In this document: piece after piece, positions 8,797 to 17,074 of the stretch | Position numbering within the stretch: position 1 is the first letter of the stretch | Layout of the letters: each line of letters opens with the position of its first letter | Source of the DNA: a virus | Taxonomy: Duplodnaviria > Caudoviricetes | Strand: one strand, 5' to 3' | Virus record (IMG/VR): IMGVR_UViG_3300018080_001657 | Location: 1-60,641 of that record | Length of the DNA: 60,641 nucleotides | Made by a program: the position numbers and the translations under genes | The notes under the pieces: generated by a model | Database searches by the model: none | What the model was told of the DNA's origin: nothing | Seen by the model: only the letters and a program-made list of their open reading frames with translations

Positions 8797-9646
8797 TGAA
8801 ACTTGGTATGTAGATGCCAGAAAACTTTCTCCCGAAGCACCAATTCCTGTAGGATATCTTACTTCTTCTGTCCCCCATCGCAGTCCTGGAGGAGCAAGCC
8901 TTGCTGCGTCTTATGCTCTAAAACAAGGCTATCCTTTTACCTTCTTGACAGCCACAAGTAACAACAATACAAGATGGCTAGCAGCCAAAGGCATGGACGT
9001 TCATAGTCTTCAGTCTGTAGACAACGTAACTAAGACACGATACATAGATGTAAATTCAAATTATCATCTCTTAAGAATCGACAACGACGAAGTAGTAACC
9101 TTCCCATCTGTCACTTCTGACAAACTATCCCCTGTTTTAGAAGAACTATTAGATAAAGCAACATGTCTTATTATGTTGGACTATCGCAAAGGCATATTCT
9201 CTAACCTAGAAGCAGTTAAAAAGATGATAGCCGAGGCAGTAAGAAGAAACCTACCGGTATATGTCGACACAAGATGCAGTCCATCAAAATTCAGGATGTC
9301 AACTTACCTTAAACTTAACGAAAAGGAATACGTTGCAGCTTGTGCTGCTCTTGGCTTTAACAATTATCAAGATCTTTGCAGTAACCTCAACATACCGAAT
9401 GTAATTGTTACTGAAGGTAAAAGAGGTGCAACCCTGCATTCTGTCACCAATGAAACATTCCACTCTACTCCAAGTAAGGACAGATACAAAGGAATTCCAG
9501 ATGTTACAGGATGCGGAGATGTATTTGATGTCAACTTCTGCTACTATTGTTTTCAGGAGGGTCTTCCACCGACAGAAGCACTGAAGCTCTCCGTAGAACG
9601 GGCAAGTGAGTATGCCCATACAACAATTGGAGACAGACTATGTTAA
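8768..9646 (+). CDS. RfaE domain I/HldA-like PfkB sugar kinase
   Basis: LIMGDTIID, LSPEAPIPV, PGGA, TKTRY, LRID, DYRKG, DVTGCGD; likely start ATG 8768. Confidence 0.85.
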   Translation: MLIMGDTIIDETWYVDARKLSPEAPIPVGYLTSSVPHRSPGGASLAASYALKQGYPFTFLTATSNNNTRWLAAKGMDVHSLQSVDNVTKTRYIDVNSNYHLLRIDNDEVVTFPSVTSDKLSPVLEELLDKATCLIMLDYRKGIFSNLEAVKKMIAEAVRRNLPVYVDTRCSPSKFRMSTYLKLNEKEYVAACAALGFNNYQDLCSNLNIPNVIVTEGKRGATLHSVTNETFHSTPSKDRYKGIPDVTGCGDVFDVNFCYYCFQEGLPPTEALKLSVERASEYAHTTIGDRLC

Positions 9647-9849
9647 CTTTTGATGAAAGGATGGACAACCTAGAGGCATTACTGTCAATTGTTGCCTTTA
9701 AGTACTCTAACGAAATTGCTACTGATGACGAACTGGACGCTGCGGTAACTGAAATATGGGACAGAGTAGACTCAATCAAACACAGAACAAAAGTTATTGA
9801 GAATGCTTTGGCCGCAACTAGAGAGATTCTCTCCACAGCGAACGGATAA
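9640..9849 (+). CDS. hypothetical protein
   Basis: 69-aa ORF with GGAG RBS. Confidence 0.6.
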   Translation: MLTFDERMDNLEALLSIVAFKYSNEIATDDELDAAVTEIWDRVDSIKHRTKVIENALAATREILSTANG

Positions 9850-9854
9850 TAAAA

Positions 9855-10160
9855 ATGTCTAGATGTGTACATGCTCAGTCAGAGTACAAACTACATCAAC
9901 TACCACGATGTTCCAAATGCAAAGTAGAAATGCAACTTGTATTGGTACAATATGACAACAAACCAAAACCAGTTTGGGAGTGGGAGTGTCGTAAGTGCCC
10001 GAAAGCGGTTGCAAAACACAAGCTACAAGAAGCTCCTCCTTCAGCCTTCGAACAATTCCTAACAGAACGGTGTGAAAATGACCTCAAAGAAGCTATCAAA
10101 AGAAGAGAAAGCAACAAGGCAGCTCTGCAAGACATTAAACCAGCAAAATCTGACGAATAG
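9855..10160 (+). CDS. Zn-ribbon hypothetical protein
   Basis: CxxC...CxxC. Confidence 0.55.
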   Translation: MSRCVHAQSEYKLHQLPRCSKCKVEMQLVLVQYDNKPKPVWEWECRKCPKAVAKHKLQEAPPSAFEQFLTERCENDLKEAIKRRESNKAALQDIKPAKSDE

Positions 10161-10359
10161 GGAGATAGCGAATGTTTTACCCCAGTTTTTGTTTTCAATA
10201 GGGGCTTCGTTAGAAGATTGTAGTTTACAGAGCAGTGAAGAAGTGTTAAAAAGATATGCAGAAGAGCCAACATTCGGTAATGCATTGATGGCACAATCAC
10301 TTTGGATGAAAGAAACATGGGCATTGCCCAACACAGAAAGGGAAACGAAAGATGACTGA
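10072..10359 (+). CDS. hypothetical protein (start uncertain)
   Basis: Fills the gap to the next gene; overlaps upstream ORF. Confidence 0.5.
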   Translation: MKMTSKKLSKEEKATRQLCKTLNQQNLTNREIANVLPQFLFSIGASLEDCSLQSSEEVLKRYAEEPTFGNALMAQSLWMKETWALPNTERETKDD

Positions 10360-10897
10360 ACACTATGAAGAACGAGCAAGAAGAGAAAAAGCACCGATGC
10401 AGTACAGGATTTACAAAGGAATCAAAGGCAAGTCAGGAGCGATGCGACTGAACCTAAAGCGTCCTTATACAAATCCAGATCCAAAAAAATCAGAAGGTGT
10501 CCTGTTTTTAGAAATGGCACCATCTGTTGGACCAAATGATTATGACTGGGAGAACCAAAAAATCATCATGGCCCTAAGTATTGTGGACATCCCGAAAATT
10601 ATTCTTTATTTGAGAAGTCCGGGACATTCTTCCTTCGAACGAACCGATGGAAAACTTAAGTTGCTTCACGATAAAGGTGCTGGTACTGCTAAGAAAGGTC
10701 AAGATGTTAAGACACTTGAAATTGTCAAGTCTGACAGAACTGCAAATTTCTTATTCAACATGTACCAAAACTCAAACGGCAAAAACATCAGTGCCTCTGT
10801 TCCTGTCTCTCCTGATGAAGCAATCGTAATCGGTACACTCCTCCAAGCCGCCATTCCTGTCATTCTTGCCTGGACTGAAGGCCCTTATAACGCATAA
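10352..10897 (+). CDS. Whirly-family ssDNA-binding protein homologue
   Basis: IYKG.KGKSGAM, EGVLFLEMAPSVG..YDW, ALS, LHD...G..KTL, FN, VPVSPDE...IPVILAW are collinear with plant WHY motifs. Confidence 0.75.
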   Translation: MTEHYEERARREKAPMQYRIYKGIKGKSGAMRLNLKRPYTNPDPKKSEGVLFLEMAPSVGPNDYDWENQKIIMALSIVDIPKIILYLRSPGHSSFERTDGKLKLLHDKGAGTAKKGQDVKTLEIVKSDRTANFLFNMYQNSNGKNISASVPVSPDEAIVIGTLLQAAIPVILAWTEGPYNA

Positions 10898-10905
10898 CAT
10901 TAATG

Positions 10906-11025
10906 CATTAAGTTTGGCGCGTTCCACTATCACCTATTTAATAGTTTGGTCTTGTCTTTCTTGAAATAATCATTAGAATAGTAGATTATCCCATTAAGTT
11001 TGGGGCGTTCTACTACCAACTACTT
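10906..11025 (+). repeat. two imperfect 34-bp direct repeats (10906-10939, 10992-11025)
   Basis: CATTAAGTTTGGcGCGTTCcACTAtCAcCTAtTT vs CATTAAGTTTGGgGCGTTCtACTAcCAaCTAcTT, 29/34 identical. Confidence 0.85.
10952..10979 (+). promoter_or_regulatory. possible sigma70-type promoter between the repeats
   Basis: TTGTCT-16 bp-TAGAAT. Confidence 0.4.
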
Positions 11026-11038
11026 TCAGGAGGATAAA

Positions 11039-11428
11039 ATGAAACTTATCAGCAAGGCAACTCGCCTTAACCTAAGAAAATTCTTACTAAAAACATATAG
11101 ATCGGCTGTTAAAGCTTCTTATGGCGTGCAGTCAGATGTTTGTGCAGTTTGGGCTGTTGACGATGCTATCTACTGGGAAACTACCCATACAAATGGCACA
11201 CTTGCCAAAGACCAGCCGCTTGAAATACTTATCAGAAAGCTAGTAGGTCAAAATCTTCTTACACTTGCTGGTATACCAAAAGAGAAGGAAGATATTCCAA
11301 CTGTATTTCTGGCTCCGTTTCCTTCTTTGATCAAGGCTATTGGTATTAGTAGGTTCAACAAACTAACCAAGGAATGGCCTGGAAAGTCAATGGCTTTAGA
11401 TATAGAGGTAGTTAGATATAAGATGTAA
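11039..11428 (+). CDS. hypothetical protein
   Basis: AGGAGG RBS before ATG 11039. Confidence 0.65.
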   Translation: MKLISKATRLNLRKFLLKTYRSAVKASYGVQSDVCAVWAVDDAIYWETTHTNGTLAKDQPLEILIRKLVGQNLLTLAGIPKEKEDIPTVFLAPFPSLIKAIGISRFNKLTKEWPGKSMALDIEVVRYKM

Positions 11429-11443
11429 CAGAAAGGATAAAGA

Positions 11444-11938
11444 ATGAAAGAAGTAACGTTTGTGGTATGGAATGCTTCACAGGAAGAACTAGAACTTGCC
11501 AACAAAATCAAGGACTATTTTATTAGTTTGTTTGATAGCGATATAAGCGTTAAAATTGACGACTTAAAAAATATTGGCGAAACAACATATGAAAATCTAT
11601 GTGTTGTTTTTGGTACTACAGCAAAAAATTATATCAACCACGATGTGCTATGGGAAGTTCCAGCGCTTTCTACAATGCTGCCAGGCGAAGGTTATGTAAA
11701 GAATAAGCGATCTGCTATGAGGACTCTGAGAAGGGTTGCTGAAGAGCTTAAAACAGAAAAAGAAGAGATCCCTATCACAACACATCTAGAGACGCCACAA
11801 GGAGTTACAGTGGGAAGTGAGGGTTATGACATTAATATTACAGAACAGGAAGTAGACCATCTAAAGAACCTTAAGAAGATTTTAGGCGGAGGCAAGATGG
11901 TTGTTATTAAAGGCGATATAAGAATAGAGGTAGAATAA
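11444..11938 (+). CDS. hypothetical protein
   Basis: 164-aa ORF with AAGGA RBS. Confidence 0.65.
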   Translation: MKEVTFVVWNASQEELELANKIKDYFISLFDSDISVKIDDLKNIGETTYENLCVVFGTTAKNYINHDVLWEVPALSTMLPGEGYVKNKRSAMRTLRRVAEELKTEKEEIPITTHLETPQGVTVGSEGYDINITEQEVDHLKNLKKILGGGKMVVIKGDIRIEVE

Positions 11939-12510
11939 TGAATGACATGTCAAGAATTTCCAAGAAACTTAAAGATACTACTGAGTTTCTTAATGAACTA
12001 GGCGGTTACCTAGATGAAAACTTTAAAATTGCTGGTGTTACAGGCAAGGGTCATTCTGTAGAAGAATGGAAAAGCCATTTTTTAGTTGAGATACCAGATG
12101 AAGTTACGTTTCCTGTGCTTGTCAAGCTAGCATCAGAAGTCTTTGAGAAGTACCAAAGAGCTGCATACTTTAGAGACAAACAAACTATTCAGATGTCTAT
12201 AATGGAACAAACACACAAAGAAAAACATTATAGTGCTTATCAAACAGCTCGAAATGAAAACGAACAAAAATTTGGCAAGCCACTAGCAGCTGAAAGTTGT
12301 AAAGTATCTGCTGCACTAGCAACCAAGGAGCTTGATGATGCTATATCAAATCAAAAAGTGGTACGAGACTTTTGGAACAAAACATGCGATACACTTACAG
12401 AACTGCGCAAACTTCTTGAACTTATGGGGTATGCCCTTAGTGGCGATGCTCGTATCAACCGGGACTTTGTAGTTAAAGGAAACAATAATGACGATTATAG
12501 CGGCAGCTGA
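11938..12510 (+). CDS. hypothetical helical protein
   Basis: 190-aa ORF coupled by TAATG. Confidence 0.65.
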   Translation: MNDMSRISKKLKDTTEFLNELGGYLDENFKIAGVTGKGHSVEEWKSHFLVEIPDEVTFPVLVKLASEVFEKYQRAAYFRDKQTIQMSIMEQTHKEKHYSAYQTARNENEQKFGKPLAAESCKVSAALATKELDDAISNQKVVRDFWNKTCDTLTELRKLLELMGYALSGDARINRDFVVKGNNNDDYSGS

Positions 12511-13030
12511 AGATAAAAGTGGTTATTGGATTGGTTCTGACAGCCATGGAATAGTACATAATATTAGTGTTGAATTAGGCCCTAAGCTTATAAAGAAAGA
12601 AAAATATGTCATAGGCTTTAGTAATTCATATAGAGTTAGAGATATTATTACAGAAAATAAACATTTTCCTAAAACTATAGGCTCAACAACAAGCCTACGA
12701 AAATTTAGAGACGTACTTAAAGAAGCTATGGTTAATGACGGTTGTATGCCTGTCGGAATGGACGGCGATACAGTTTTGCATCCAGTTAGTTTGGTTATTA
12801 TTTCACATAATGGTATTTATACAATAGATTGTGATTATCAAATGCACAAAGCAAAACAGTACACAACAATAGGAGCAGGAAGTGATGTCGCACTTGGTGC
12901 ACTAAGAGCTACACTTAATATATCAAAATCTGGTGCTGAAGCAGTAAAACAAGCAGTTGAAGCAGCAATATTCCATTCAACCAAATGTAGTGGCAATATT
13001 CATATTGAACACATACCTAGAAAGAGATAA
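12488..13030 (+). CDS. HslV/proteasome-beta-like Ntn hydrolase
   Basis: Starts M-T-I-I-A, GSDS, K, IGAGS..ALGAL, EAVKQAVEAA. Confidence 0.75.
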   Translation: MTIIAAAEDKSGYWIGSDSHGIVHNISVELGPKLIKKEKYVIGFSNSYRVRDIITENKHFPKTIGSTTSLRKFRDVLKEAMVNDGCMPVGMDGDTVLHPVSLVIISHNGIYTIDCDYQMHKAKQYTTIGAGSDVALGALRATLNISKSGAEAVKQAVEAAIFHSTKCSGNIHIEHIPRKR

Positions 13031-13042
13031 CTTGGAGACGAA

Positions 13043-15511
13043 ATGACAATTAAAACACGAAGAGTAGACATTACAATTAACGAAAAGCTTATTAAAAAAG
13101 ATTTTGAGATACCAGAGTCTTGGTCTAACAGAGCAGCTACAATTGTAGCAACAAAATATGCAATGGACTATGAAAATTCAGTTCTGGATATTATCAATAG
13201 AGTTGTTGATCAAGTTGCTAAGTGGGGGGTTGATCAAGGATATTTTACTGATAAGCTTCCAAAAGGAACAATGGACGGACATACAGAAAGTGATATTTTT
13301 TGCAATGATTTATGGGACATCCTTATTGATCAAAGAGCTGCCTTCAATAGTCCTGTGTGGTTTAATTGTGGCGTCAAAGAAAATAGTAATCAAATGAGTG
13401 CTTGTTTTATCTTCCCTGTAGAAGACAACATGGAAGACATCTTGGACCATGCAACTAGAGAAGGCATTGTGTTCCGTGCTGGCTCAGGAGCTGGCGTTAA
13501 TGTATCTAAGCTTAGAGGTAAAGGAGAGAAGCTAGCCAATAAAGGAGAAGCATCTGGTCCTCTTAGCTTTATGAAAGTATGGGATGCTAATGCAGGTTCT
13601 ATTAAGTCTGGTGGTAAAAACCGCAGAAGTGCCAAGATGGTGTGTATGGATGTTGACCATCCAGATATCCTAGACTTTATTGAATGCAAAAAGATAGAAG
13701 AAGACAAGGCAAAGATTCTTATTGCTAATGGCACAGACCCTGAAGAAGCATATACAACTGTAGCATTTCAAAATACTAATCATTCTATCAGAGTAACTGA
13801 TGAATTTATGAAAGCAGTAAAAAACCAAAGCAATTGGGACTTGTACAACCGTGGAGACCTAACAACAGCCAAGACCATTGAGGCTGGTTACTTGCTAGCA
13901 AAAACTGCAAGAATTGCATGGGAGACCGGAGATCCTGGTATTCAATTTGATGACGCAATGAACAGAGACAATCCTGTACCATCTATTGATAGAATCAACA
14001 GTACCAATCCTTGCAGTGAGTTCTCAGCAATTGATAACTCTAGTTGCAATTTAGCTAGTCTTAATTTGGTTAAATATTGGGGCGGAGAAGAAGATGGACT
14101 CGATTGGGCCTTGTTCGAAAAAGATATTGGCGTATTAGTTACTGCTATGGATATTCTTATTGATGTAGCTGACTATCCAACACCAGAAGTAGCAACAACA
14201 ACACACAGAACAAGGCCTCTTGGGTTAGGATTCAGCAACCTTGGTGCTTATCTGATGCTAAAAGGACTTCCGTATGATTCTTCAGAAGCCAGGGAAGAAG
14301 CCAAAGAAATTACCAGATATATGACAGCTTGTGCATATGATGCAAGCATTGGCCTTGCAAAGAAATTAGGGTCTTTTGAGGCATTTAAAGACAATAAAGA
14401 TGCTTGTGCCGATATTGCAGCAAGACTAACAGGAACAGATAAAACAGGTTTGACCTGGAAAAATATTAAAAAACATGGCCTTAGAAACTCACAACTTACT
14501 TTACTAGCCCCAACAGGGACAATTAGTTTCATGATGGACTGTGACACAACAGGCATAGAACCACTATATGGACTAGAAACAATAAAAACTCTTGTTGGTG
14601 GCGGAACAATAACAATGACTCCTAACTGTGTACAAGAAACATTTAATAAAATTGTTCTTGGCAGTATAGATTCAAGACACTATCAAGAAGACGTAAAGAA
14701 ACGCATAGAAAGTTTAAATCCAAAGAAACAGGCTATATTTGCTACAGCCAATGAGATTTCTTGGAAAGGTCACATTGATATGATGGCTGCTTGTCAGCAG
14801 CATCTTAATGGGGCTATTAGCAAAACAGTTAACTTGCCTTCAGACTGTACTGTTGAGGATATTGTAGATACTTACATGTATGCGTGGGAGTCAGGAATAA
14901 AAGCTATTGCTATATATAGAAATGGCTCGAAAGGAATGCAGCCTCTTACTGAAGTCAAAGAAGAAAAAGAAATTAAATCAGAAGCATCTCAAGAAGAACA
15001 ATGGACTCCAGTTAGACGCAAGCTAGAAGATACTTGCTATGGACCACAGCATAAATTTAATGTTTCTGGATTCAAAGGCTACATAAATGTAGGCACATAT
15101 GCAGACGGCAAACCTGGTCAAATTTTTATCATAGCTAGCAAATCAGGTTCTACAATGCAAGGATTGCTAGATGCGTTTGCAACTTCTATTTCTATTGGTC
15201 TACAATACGGGGTACCATTAGAAAAACTTATAGAAAAATTCTCAGGCTCACAGTTTGACCCTAGAGGCATAACTGCAAATGAAGATATTAGATTAGCATC
15301 TTCAATTATTGATTATATTTTCAGATGGTTGCAGGTAGAGTTTTTTGATAATGAAGAAGACGAAACAAACCAAGATGAACCTATCAAAGCTGAGCCTATT
15401 AAAGAAGTTATTCTTGATGGACCAAGCTGTCCTTATTGTGGAGGGCTTACACAAAAGAGCGGAACGTGTTATCTTTGTAAAACATGTGGAGAAACAACCG
15501 GATGTAGCTAA
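13043..15511 (+). CDS. nrdJ: class II (B12-dependent) ribonucleotide reductase with C-terminal TSCPD-like domain and Zn ribbon
   Basis: FNSPVWFN, SACFI, RRSAKM, GDPGIQF, TNPCSE, CNLASLNL, APTGTIS, AISKTVN, terminal CGETTGCS. Confidence 0.95.
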   Translation: MTIKTRRVDITINEKLIKKDFEIPESWSNRAATIVATKYAMDYENSVLDIINRVVDQVAKWGVDQGYFTDKLPKGTMDGHTESDIFCNDLWDILIDQRAAFNSPVWFNCGVKENSNQMSACFIFPVEDNMEDILDHATREGIVFRAGSGAGVNVSKLRGKGEKLANKGEASGPLSFMKVWDANAGSIKSGGKNRRSAKMVCMDVDHPDILDFIECKKIEEDKAKILIANGTDPEEAYTTVAFQNTNHSIRVTDEFMKAVKNQSNWDLYNRGDLTTAKTIEAGYLLAKTARIAWETGDPGIQFDDAMNRDNPVPSIDRINSTNPCSEFSAIDNSSCNLASLNLVKYWGGEEDGLDWALFEKDIGVLVTAMDILIDVADYPTPEVATTTHRTRPLGLGFSNLGAYLMLKGLPYDSSEAREEAKEITRYMTACAYDASIGLAKKLGSFEAFKDNKDACADIAARLTGTDKTGLTWKNIKKHGLRNSQLTLLAPTGTISFMMDCDTTGIEPLYGLETIKTLVGGGTITMTPNCVQETFNKIVLGSIDSRHYQEDVKKRIESLNPKKQAIFATANEISWKGHIDMMAACQQHLNGAISKTVNLPSDCTVEDIVDTYMYAWESGIKAIAIYRNGSKGMQPLTEVKEEKEIKSEASQEEQWTPVRRKLEDTCYGPQHKFNVSGFKGYINVGTYADGKPGQIFIIASKSGSTMQGLLDAFATSISIGLQYGVPLEKLIEKFSGSQFDPRGITANEDIRLASSIIDYIFRWLQVEFFDNEEDETNQDEPIKAEPIKEVILDGPSCPYCGGLTQKSGTCYLCKTCGETTGCS

Positions 15512-15524
15512 GGAGCTGATTTGA

Positions 15525-16178
15525 TTGACAAGTCAACAACAAATGGATATGTACGATGCTTTATCTAAAAAAATTAAACATCGTTTTAAGAATTTTAAAC
15601 TAAGATACAAGAGCGACTATATTTTTTGGAGGATACTACCAAAGAAACTTAGGCGTTCAGCAATGACATTTGGAAATACAATTTGGATGCCGAGCAGAGC
15701 ATATAATGTATCAACATTGGCACATGAGTATGCACATCTTGTTACGTTTAACAAAATGGGACTATTAAAGTTCCTTTGGCTCTATCTACAGCCACAAATA
15801 TTTTGCATTCCTTTCTTCATTACTGCTGTTGTTTTATTCATCATGTCTTTTAAAATAGCAGCAGTAATTTCTTTACTTGCAGGTATAGTAATGTTAATGC
15901 CTTGGCCATCTAAAGAAAGAATGAAGCTTGAAGCAGAAGGGTACACAATGACTTTGGCTGTAGAAAAATGGGGTCATGGTGTAAATACTAAGTACTTACA
16001 AAAATATATCGTTGACAGTCTTATGAGTTGGCTCTATTATAAGATGACTTGGAACAGAGTTGAAGCTACTAAACTAGTTGAACAAATGACAAAACAAGTC
16101 AATGAGGAGTCAAGCGAACCAATGAATAACATTGCATATACAGACACATACGAGATATTCCACAATGAGCAGACCTAA
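15525..16178 (+). CDS. membrane protein with HExxH motif
   Basis: LAHEYAH, hydrophobic segments, LEAEGY; TTG start after AAGGAG. Confidence 0.6.
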   Translation: MTSQQQMDMYDALSKKIKHRFKNFKLRYKSDYIFWRILPKKLRRSAMTFGNTIWMPSRAYNVSTLAHEYAHLVTFNKMGLLKFLWLYLQPQIFCIPFFITAVVLFIMSFKIAAVISLLAGIVMLMPWPSKERMKLEAEGYTMTLAVEKWGHGVNTKYLQKYIVDSLMSWLYYKMTWNRVEATKLVEQMTKQVNEESSEPMNNIAYTDTYEIFHNEQT

Positions 16179-17061
16179 ATACGATCACGTTGACAAAGAG
16201 GATCGTCTTGCACAGCTCTCTAGTAGAACAGAAACAATCAGTAAAAGCTTTGTAACAGACCTTTGGATGAAGGTATTGCATAGAGCAATTGATGATATTG
16301 TTTTGTTTACAACAATGAGAGACGGTAACATTCCTTTAAAGGAAGAAGAAATTGAGCTTGAGAAATCTGCCAATGAATTTTTGTTTGATGATAGTCATCG
16401 TATACCAATGGATGACTACATAGTAAACATCAAGTGTAGCTGTTGCGAAGATACAATATATACAGACAACATGAGTGTTTTATCTGCTGGGGACTCCATA
16501 TGCCCTACATGTTCTTTCAAAGCAGATGAAAAATTAACTAAATATGAAATCTCAAGTGAATTTTTAGTTAAAGATGTGTCATTAGCAGAGTTGCTAGCGA
16601 TGTGGAACATCTATGATGTTAGTGGGTTTCGTAAGGGCACAAGAATAAGAATAGAGAAACTAGTTATAAAGAAGAAAAATGCTGCAATTGCAAGAGCAAA
16701 AGCGAAGGAGAATAAGATGAAGAATGGACTTCGTGCCATAAAGAAAGAACCCAAGGAAAGTGAAAATTTTCAACCACCTACTAAGACTGAGCTGTCAGAT
16801 TTTGACAAAGGCATTATCAAAGTTCTTGATGAAACAAAAGAAATGTTGATGGCAAAGAATAGAAAGTATGGAAACTCTGCAACCAAACCGGTTAGAGCAT
16901 TCTCAAAGGCAGATCCACAAGAGCAAATCAAAGTTCGTATTGACGATAAGATTTCTCGTCTAATTAGAAGCAACAGTAAAGAAGAAGACGAAGATGTAGT
17001 GAAAGATCTCATCGGTTACTTGACAATTCTTGCCGCTATTCAACGTGGCTACGTTCAATAA
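16165..17061 (+). CDS. Zn-ribbon protein fused to DUF1599-like (nucleotide-modification-associated) domain
   Basis: CxxC..CxxC; C-terminal KNRKYGNS, VRIDDKISR, DLIGY; internal RBS and ATG at 16717. Confidence 0.65.
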   Translation: MSRPKYDHVDKEDRLAQLSSRTETISKSFVTDLWMKVLHRAIDDIVLFTTMRDGNIPLKEEEIELEKSANEFLFDDSHRIPMDDYIVNIKCSCCEDTIYTDNMSVLSAGDSICPTCSFKADEKLTKYEISSEFLVKDVSLAELLAMWNIYDVSGFRKGTRIRIEKLVIKKKNAAIARAKAKENKMKNGLRAIKKEPKESENFQPPTKTELSDFDKGIIKVLDETKEMLMAKNRKYGNSATKPVRAFSKADPQEQIKVRIDDKISRLIRSNSKEEDEDVVKDLIGYLTILAAIQRGYVQ

Positions 17062-17074
17062 TTAAGGAGACAAT

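Noticed and set aside
10906-11025. CRISPR array
   Set aside because: Only two copies, five mismatches, a 52-nt spacer and no cas operon
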